DNA of 29,315 nucleotides from Thermoplasmata archaeon (GTDB lineage Archaea; Thermoplasmatota; Thermoplasmata; Lutacidiplasmatales; UBA184): NCBI GenBank assembly GCA_035946105.1, contig DASYZN010000185.1:1-29315 (forward strand), given 5' to 3'. The stretch's first letter is position 1. The number at the start of each line of letters is the position of its first letter. The position numbers and the translations under genes are program-made. The notes under the pieces are model-generated. The model had not been told where the DNA came from. It saw only the letters and a list, made by a program, of their open reading frames with translations, and ran no database searches. This document shows, in pieces, positions 24,058 to 29,315 of this stretch.

Positions 24058-25858
24058 CACCGGACCCATCGAGCTCCCGGACTGCCAGCGCTTCCCGGAG
24101 GACGTCGGCTCGGACGACCTCTTCGACCTCCTCGATTCCCAGGAGATCGTCCGGGCCCTGGCGGAGGGCGGCTTCGAGGCGGCGAGGGCCCTGCTCGAGG
24201 AGCGGGCGCGCTCGGATCCCGCGCTCGCCGACCGGATCGCCGAGCTCCGGGAGAGGCTCCGCCGGCAGGCGGCCCGCCGCGTCCGCCGGACCGTGGGGGA
24301 GTACGACCGGCGGGTCGAGGAGCTCGAGACGGTCAGCCGTCGCACCGCGGCCGAGATCGCCGCCGAGATCGCGGCGCTGGAGGCGCGTCGCAAGGCGGCC
24401 CGATCCCTCGACCTTCCCGGGCTCTCGGCGGCGGGGCTCTTGGACGACCTTCGGACGGCGCTCCTACTGCCCGAGCGGCCGTGGATGCATTCGGAGGCGC
24501 CCGGCGGGCTCCTCGCCCGACTTCGCCGGCTCCTCGCCCGCCTCGCGGCGTGGTTCCGCTCGCTCTTCCATCGCGGCCGCGCCCCCCAGGGCACGACGAA
24601 ACCGGATCGCCGGATCGTCTTCGCCGCGCTCGCGCAGTCCGGCCGGATGCTGCGTCCGTCGGACCTCGGCGACGCCCTCGCCCGCCTCTCGTCGAAGGAG
24701 CAGTCGATGGTCTCCGAGACGCTCGACAAGCGGCTCGAGTCTCGGGAACGAGACCTTCAAAAGACCGCCGAGGCGAAGCGCAAGGAGTCCGAGGGGGAGC
24801 GGCGGGCCCTGGAGGCCGAACGGGAGGAGGCCCGCCGGAGGGCCGAGCGGGACGCGGAGGGCCGGATCCGGGAGGCAGAGGAGCGACGGCTCGCCCGGGA
24901 GCTCAAGGAGCGGGGGTTCGTCGCCGAGCGGGACGGGGAGCTCGTCGTCACCTACGGCCTCATCGAACGCTTCGCCCGCCTCGTCCTCGAGGAGGAGACC
25001 CGGTCGCTCCCGTCCGACGTGAAGCTCTCCCTCTCCGGGACCGCCTCCACCGGCGTCTACGAGAAGGCCCGCCTCCTGCGCCCGGAGGAGGTGGCCCATC
25101 TCGACCTTCCCGGCTCGCTCCTGGCGGCCCGCCTCGTCGGATCGAGGCACATCGAGGAATCGACGAGCTACGTCTACCGGGAGGTCACGAGCGAGCGGGT
25201 CCACGTCGTGCTCGCCTTCGATAAGTCCGGCAGCATGGCCGAGGCGGGCAAGCTCCCGGCGGCGAAGAAGGCGCTCCTCGCCCTCTACATCGCGATCCGG
25301 CGTCGGCACCCCGACGCGATCGTCGATGTGGTCGCCTTCGACAACGAGGTGCGGGTCTTGGACCTGCTCGAGCTCTGGGAATGCGAGCCGGGGGCGTTCA
25401 CCAACACGGCGGAGGCGCTCCACACGGCCCACCTGCTGCTCGCGGGCTCCCGGGCGAGCCGCAAGGAGGTCTACCTGGTCACGGACGGCCTCCCGGAGTC
25501 CTACACCGACCGGGACGGCCGGATCCGCTCCGGGCAGCTCGACGTCGCCATGGAGCGCGCCCTCGAGCGGGCGCGGGAGCTCGCGACGGTGACGCCGCTC
25601 AAGTTCACGATGATCCTCCTGCGGTCGGAACATCCGGAGTACGAGGCCGCCGCCCGGGAGATCGCCCGGACGCTGAGCGGCTCGATGGTCGTGACCGACC
25701 CCTCCCGCTTGGGGGTCGAGCTCCTGATCCGCTGGACCGGGGCCGGCGAGACGGTCCGGCGGGCCCCGCCCGAGGCCGCGGGAGGCGCCTCACCTACCGT
25801 GGGAAAGCCCCGGGACCGGGGACGGAAGCGTCGGGTCGACCGTCGGATGGGCGGCTGA
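23966..25858 (+). CDS. Coiled-coil plus von Willebrand factor A (vWA) domain protein, partner of the AAA+ ATPase
   Basis: MIDAS motif DKSGSM, T in TNTAEAL and D in VTDGLP, with long charged helical segments at the N-terminus. The start is uncertain because the only candidate overlaps the ATPase gene by 92 nt. Confidence 0.85.
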   Translation: MAPSPSSPSWRSTPCSPARGRKRTTTPPSDSTGPIELPDCQRFPEDVGSDDLFDLLDSQEIVRALAEGGFEAARALLEERARSDPALADRIAELRERLRRQAARRVRRTVGEYDRRVEELETVSRRTAAEIAAEIAALEARRKAARSLDLPGLSAAGLLDDLRTALLLPERPWMHSEAPGGLLARLRRLLARLAAWFRSLFHRGRAPQGTTKPDRRIVFAALAQSGRMLRPSDLGDALARLSSKEQSMVSETLDKRLESRERDLQKTAEAKRKESEGERRALEAEREEARRRAERDAEGRIREAEERRLARELKERGFVAERDGELVVTYGLIERFARLVLEEETRSLPSDVKLSLSGTASTGVYEKARLLRPEEVAHLDLPGSLLAARLVGSRHIEESTSYVYREVTSERVHVVLAFDKSGSMAEAGKLPAAKKALLALYIAIRRRHPDAIVDVVAFDNEVRVLDLLELWECEPGAFTNTAEALHTAHLLLAGSRASRKEVYLVTDGLPESYTDRDGRIRSGQLDVAMERALERARELATVTPLKFTMILLRSEHPEYEAAAREIARTLSGSMVVTDPSRLGVELLIRWTGAGETVRRAPPEAAGGASPTVGKPRDRGRKRRVDRRMGG

Positions 25859-25980
25859 CGGTCCCCTCGTCGCCCCGGTCGGGGGGTCGGGCGGTCGAAC
25901 GGGGTCGGCGTTCGGATGCGCCCGATGCCGGTTGAAACGAACGCTTATCTCCCTCTTCCCGGCTCCTTGGGGGAGGAGCC

Positions 25981-26418
25981 ATGACGACCTCCGAGGAGCA
26001 GGCGCAACTTCGGGAGCACCTTTCGGAGCTTCGGAGGGCCGCCCGGGGCCTCGGCAAGGACTTCGAGATCAAGTTCGCCGACCTCGCGGACCAGATCGAG
26101 CGGCTGCCCTCGCTCACCGCGAAGGACGCGAAGTACGCCCTCTGGCAGATCGAGGACGACTTCGCGTCGGTCGGCCACAAGGTCGGGGTCGAGTTCAAGA
26201 AGCTCCCGCACGAGATTGGCCAGGGCTTGGCGACGGCGGGCAGCGACCTCAAGGAGGGCGCGGCCCGGTTGGGCGGCGCCACACGGGACGGGCTCGAGGC
26301 GGTCGGGCACGCGACCAAGGAGGGGACGAAGAACGTCCTCGCCTCGGCCGCGGGGGTCCGGCGGACCCCGCTCAAGGCCTGGTCGAAGCCGGCGCAGGAC
26401 GACGAGCGGGCCGACTAG
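25981..26418 (+). CDS. Helical protein with 11-mer amphipathic repeats (LEA/apolipoprotein-like)
   Basis: Has its own promoter (GAACGCTTATCT) and an SD (GGAGGAG). Six consecutive 11-mers. Confidence 0.72.
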   Translation: MTTSEEQAQLREHLSELRRAARGLGKDFEIKFADLADQIERLPSLTAKDAKYALWQIEDDFASVGHKVGVEFKKLPHEIGQGLATAGSDLKEGAARLGGATRDGLEAVGHATKEGTKNVLASAAGVRRTPLKAWSKPAQDDERAD

Positions 26419-27343
26419 CGGACGCCGAGCTCCCCCGGCGCGATCCGACCGTCGTCGGCGGATCGGACGGACCGTCGGACGTCCGCGCGCGTTCGACCGT
26501 CCGAAGGGCCTCGGCGAGGTAGCTTTGGTCGAGCTCGAAGCCGACGAAGGGGACGCCGAGCCGGGCCGCGGCCTCGGCGGACGCCCCGATGCCCAAGAAC
26601 GGGTCCACCGATAGGGCGATCCTCGAGAGTCCGTGGAGCCTTAGGCAGCGTTCCGGCAGCTCCGTCGGAAAGCTCGCGGGATGGGGACGGTCGGTGGAGC
26701 GGCTTCGGATGGTCGGGTACGGGAGGAACCAGGTGTTCCCCCGGCAGCGAACCCCGCTCCCCCCGCCCTTCCAGCGGCGGACGTTCGAGCGGTCCTGGTA
26801 CGGGACCCCGATCGCGAGCCGGTCGAGCGGGACGTCCCCCCGGCGGGTGAGGTGGAAGACGTACTCGTGGGCCGAGTTGAGGAAGCGCGCGGAGTTCACG
26901 GGCTTGTAGTGGCCGATGGCGAGGTCGCGGTCGAGGCCGCTCGATCGGCCCAGGCTCGTCCGATCGATGGCGATCGACTTCACCCAGTGGATCACGTTCT
27001 GGAGCCGGAACGGCCTCCCGACGGCCCGGACGACCTCCCAGGGCCAGCCCGGATCGCTCGGGGGCCCGCCGAGGTTGAGGAAGAACGACCCGCGCTCGCT
27101 GAGGACCCGGTCGACCGACCGCCCGAATTCGCCGGCCCACCGAAGGTACTCCGCCCTCGGGCGCTCGTCGTCGTAGTCCGCGTAGTCGACGCCCAAGTTG
27201 TACGGGGGGCTCGTGACGACGACGTCGACGGACCGGCGCGCGAGGATCCTCGGCATCCCCCGGACCGAGTCGAGCGCGTAGAGCGTCACCGGCGAGCCCC
27301 TCGGGCCCGAGGTGGTGGCGAACGGAGCGGGCGCCGAGGCCAT
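26372..27343 (-). CDS. Beta-class N4-C/N6-A site-specific DNA methyltransferase (orphan)
   Basis: Motif IV TSPPYN precedes motif I DPFLGIG; also HPASFP and G.ELD..Y. ATG at 27343. This is the C-terminal part of ORF 26372..28231. Confidence 0.9.
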   Translation of the reverse strand: MASAPAPFATTSGPRGSPVTLYALDSVRGMPRILARRSVDVVVTSPPYNLGVDYADYDDERPRAEYLRWAGEFGRSVDRVLSERGSFFLNLGGPPSDPGWPWEVVRAVGRPFRLQNVIHWVKSIAIDRTSLGRSSGLDRDLAIGHYKPVNSARFLNSAHEYVFHLTRRGDVPLDRLAIGVPYQDRSNVRRWKGGGSGVRCRGNTWFLPYPTIRSRSTDRPHPASFPTELPERCLRLHGLSRIALSVDPFLGIGASAEAAARLGVPFVGFELDQSYLAEALRTVERARTSDGPSDPPTTVGSRRGSSASASRPARRPAPASTRP

Positions 27344-27357
27344 CGGGGAGGATCGGC

Positions 27358-29124
27358 CTACTCGCCGGGACCCCGGGCGCTCGTCGGGGCGCGGGTCGGC
27401 CGCCCGGACATCTCGGCCCGCGCCTCGGTGAGGGCCTCCTTGGGGTCCTTGTAGTAGAAGGCGACGAGCCGCCCGACGTCGCGGTGGGTGAACGGCCTCG
27501 CCCTCGTCGCGCTCGCCTCGCGCCACTTCATGTACTCGAGCATCTCGACGCGGTTCTTGACCTCCCGCTCCATCTCCTTCATCGGGATGTTCCGCATCAT
27601 GGCGACCCGCTCGTAGACGTAGGAGTGGCCCGAGAATAGGAAGGTGTCGTCCCCTGGGTTCCACGAGTAGACCGAGTTCGTGATCAGCTCGTTCGTCTCG
27701 GGATCGAGCCCGACGATCTCCGTGAGGCTCTGGACCCGACGGGTCATCTTGTTGCCGACCTTGACCTGCCGCTGCAATAGCACCAGGTTGAGCGCGCTCA
27801 CCAGGGAGCGGGGGAGGGAGATCGGCGGGTTCTCCATCCGGTGGACCATCGCCGAGACGCTCTCCGCGTGGAACGTCGTATAGCAGGTCTTCCCGGTGGC
27901 CATCGCCTGGAAGACGATGAACGCCTCGGCGCCCCGCACCTCGCCGACCATCAGGTACTGGGGGCGCTGCCGGAGGGCGGCCGCCAAGAGGTCGAACATG
28001 TCGATCTCCCCGGGCGCCTTCCCGCTGACGACGTTCTTCGCCCCGAAGCCGGCCCTCGTGAGGGACGGGACCCAGTTCTCGTGGGGGAGGTTCAATTCCC
28101 GGGTGTCCTCGATCGAGACGATCTTCATCTGGGGCGGGATGAACAAAAGGGTCGCGTTGAGCGTCGTGGTCTTCCCGCTCGCCGTCCCCCCGCAGACCAT
28201 CATGGACTGCCCGGTCTCGATGGCGATCCACAGGTAGGCCATCATCTCCGGGCTCATCGTCCGGAACTTCAGGAGGTCGACCGGGGTGAACGGATTGTCC
28301 CGGAACCGCCGGATGGTGAACGAGCTCCCCCGCTTGGTCACGTGGGTGCCGAGCGTCGCCTGGAGCCGGGAGCCGTCCGGGACGGTCGCGTCGAGCATCG
28401 GGCTCGCGACGGAGATGTGCTTGCCGGAGCGCTGGGCGATCCAGACGACGTAGTCGTCGACCTCCTTCGCGTCGGTGAACTTGATGTTCGATCGGATCGA
28501 GCCGTACTTGCGGTGGTAGATGTAGAGGGGGATGCCGACCCCGTCGCAGGAGATGTCCTCCACCTCGCTGTCGGTCATCGGGACGTCGACGATCCCGTAG
28601 CCGATGAAGTCCCGATCGAGGTAGTAGACGATCCGCCCCTTCGTCACCGGGCTCGGCGAGAGCTCCCAGCGCAGGAACTGGTCGTCGACCATCCTCCTAA
28701 GCTCCCGCCGCTTCGTCTCGGGGTCGAGCTCCGGGAGCGGCTGGAACTGGTCGACCAAGGAGACCCGCAGGCTCTCCAGGAGCCGCTTCTCGATCGGGGA
28801 GAGCGGTGGCTCGATCACCTCGTAGAGGTGCTCGTTGCGCGTGTTGTGGTAGGTGACGCGGATGTAGCTGAACCCCTCCCGGATCGGGGCGATGTCGAGC
28901 TCCTTCAGATCCGGGTCGTCGAGGGGGGGGATCGGGGTGACGGTCCCCTGCGCCCCCTGGCCCGAGACGCCGAGCCGGGCGAGCCGGACGGCCCGGGGGG
29001 CGTCGGTGCGGCTCAGCGCGGTGCCGAGCCTGAGCCAGGCCGGGAAGAACGACTTCGAGCGCTTGGACCTCGGCATGAGGTCGGACGGATCGGCGGGGGT
29101 CTCCAACGGGGATTCGGTCGCCAT
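27358..29124 (-). CDS. Type II/IV secretion (archaeal type IV pilus, FlaI/TadA-like) assembly ATPase
   Basis: EDISCDG, G.R.QAT, F.IR.F, Walker A GGTASGKTT, IEDTRE, LRQRP...VGEVRG.EA, and TFHA. SD GGGAGG upstream. Confidence 0.95.
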   Translation of the reverse strand: MATESPLETPADPSDLMPRSKRSKSFFPAWLRLGTALSRTDAPRAVRLARLGVSGQGAQGTVTPIPPLDDPDLKELDIAPIREGFSYIRVTYHNTRNEHLYEVIEPPLSPIEKRLLESLRVSLVDQFQPLPELDPETKRRELRRMVDDQFLRWELSPSPVTKGRIVYYLDRDFIGYGIVDVPMTDSEVEDISCDGVGIPLYIYHRKYGSIRSNIKFTDAKEVDDYVVWIAQRSGKHISVASPMLDATVPDGSRLQATLGTHVTKRGSSFTIRRFRDNPFTPVDLLKFRTMSPEMMAYLWIAIETGQSMMVCGGTASGKTTTLNATLLFIPPQMKIVSIEDTRELNLPHENWVPSLTRAGFGAKNVVSGKAPGEIDMFDLLAAALRQRPQYLMVGEVRGAEAFIVFQAMATGKTCYTTFHAESVSAMVHRMENPPISLPRSLVSALNLVLLQRQVKVGNKMTRRVQSLTEIVGLDPETNELITNSVYSWNPGDDTFLFSGHSYVYERVAMMRNIPMKEMEREVKNRVEMLEYMKWREASATRARPFTHRDVGRLVAFYYKDPKEALTEARAEMSGRPTRAPTSARGPGE

Positions 29125-29140
29125 CGTTCCCTCGCCTCCC

Positions 29141-29315
29141 TCAGACGTTCAGGGGCGGGACGACGAACCGCATGACGGCCCAGCCCATGGCGAGCATGAT
29201 CGTCGCGTGCTGGAACCCCTCGGCGATCTTCCCCGTGTAGAGGACGCCGGCCATGATCCCGTCCCCGACGGCGTGGACGATGACGGCGCCCAGGAAGGCG
29301 ATAAAGAGGAGCGGG
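29141..29315 (-). CDS. C-terminus of a TadC/FlaJ-like (T2SS-F) pilus membrane platform protein (partial)
   Basis: Hand translation gives LLFIAFLGAVIVHAVGDGIMAGVLYTGKIAEGFQHATIMLAMGWAVMRFVVPPLNV*, matching the archaeal T2SS-F C-terminal G..AG....G....G..H pattern. It is adjacent to the ATPase. Confidence 0.75.
   Translation of the reverse strand, partial: PLLFIAFLGAVIVHAVGDGIMAGVLYTGKIAEGFQHATIMLAMGWAVMRFVVPPLNV

Noticed and set aside
17-29175. Numerous long Arg/Pro/Gly-rich ORFs in the track (e.g. 17..1615, 58..2157, 5330..7417, 22708..24729)
   Set aside because: They are shadow frames of real genes, expected at very high GC, and have no motifs.
27358-29315. Archaellum (flaI/flaJ) assignment
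   Set aside because: No archaellins or flaH are visible, and the platform-then-ATPase order fits a generic type IV pilus locus. No gene symbol was given.

Overview
A very GC-rich archaeal chromosomal segment. eS1/S3Ae, fibrillarin, an intron-containing tRNA-Met and TATA/BRE promoters establish that it is archaeal; the GC level and the PKD/YVTN surface proteins suggest a soil or sediment Thermoplasmata lineage (inference). From left to right: (i) a minus-strand operon cut by the window edge, encoding an Ig/PKD-repeat surface protein, a VirB2-like pilin and a VirB6/TrbL-like membrane protein, directly downstream of fibrillarin and RidA; (ii) metabolic and regulatory genes: DUF885, GNAT, a TetR/SDR divergon, SHOCT, DUF998, a YVTN-propeller/PKD glycoprotein, a metal-independent NAD formate dehydrogenase, an unannotated 52-aa DUF1059-like protein and a TrmB regulator sharing a palindromic operator, a YdjM-like hydrolase and a COG2403 (ArcE/cDPGS-like) enzyme; (iii) a more AT-rich island of about 3.7 kb at the 3' end of tRNA-Met, made of three 1-1.5 kb cassettes (wHTH-MNT plus HEPN; RHH plus PIN; a stand-alone AAA ATPase), each bounded by a copy of the tRNA 3' end and a conserved arm carrying an inverted T-loop sequence, with no integrase; (iv) rps3ae, a ChlI-like AAA+/vWA pair, an 11-mer-repeat helical protein, an orphan beta-class DNA methyltransferase and the end of a type IV pilus operon. 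The two best candidates for an undescribed system are the tRNA-anchored, integrase-less cassette array and the chromosomal Ced/Ted-like (VirB2/VirB6) module. All family calls come from motif recognition; no database searches were run.
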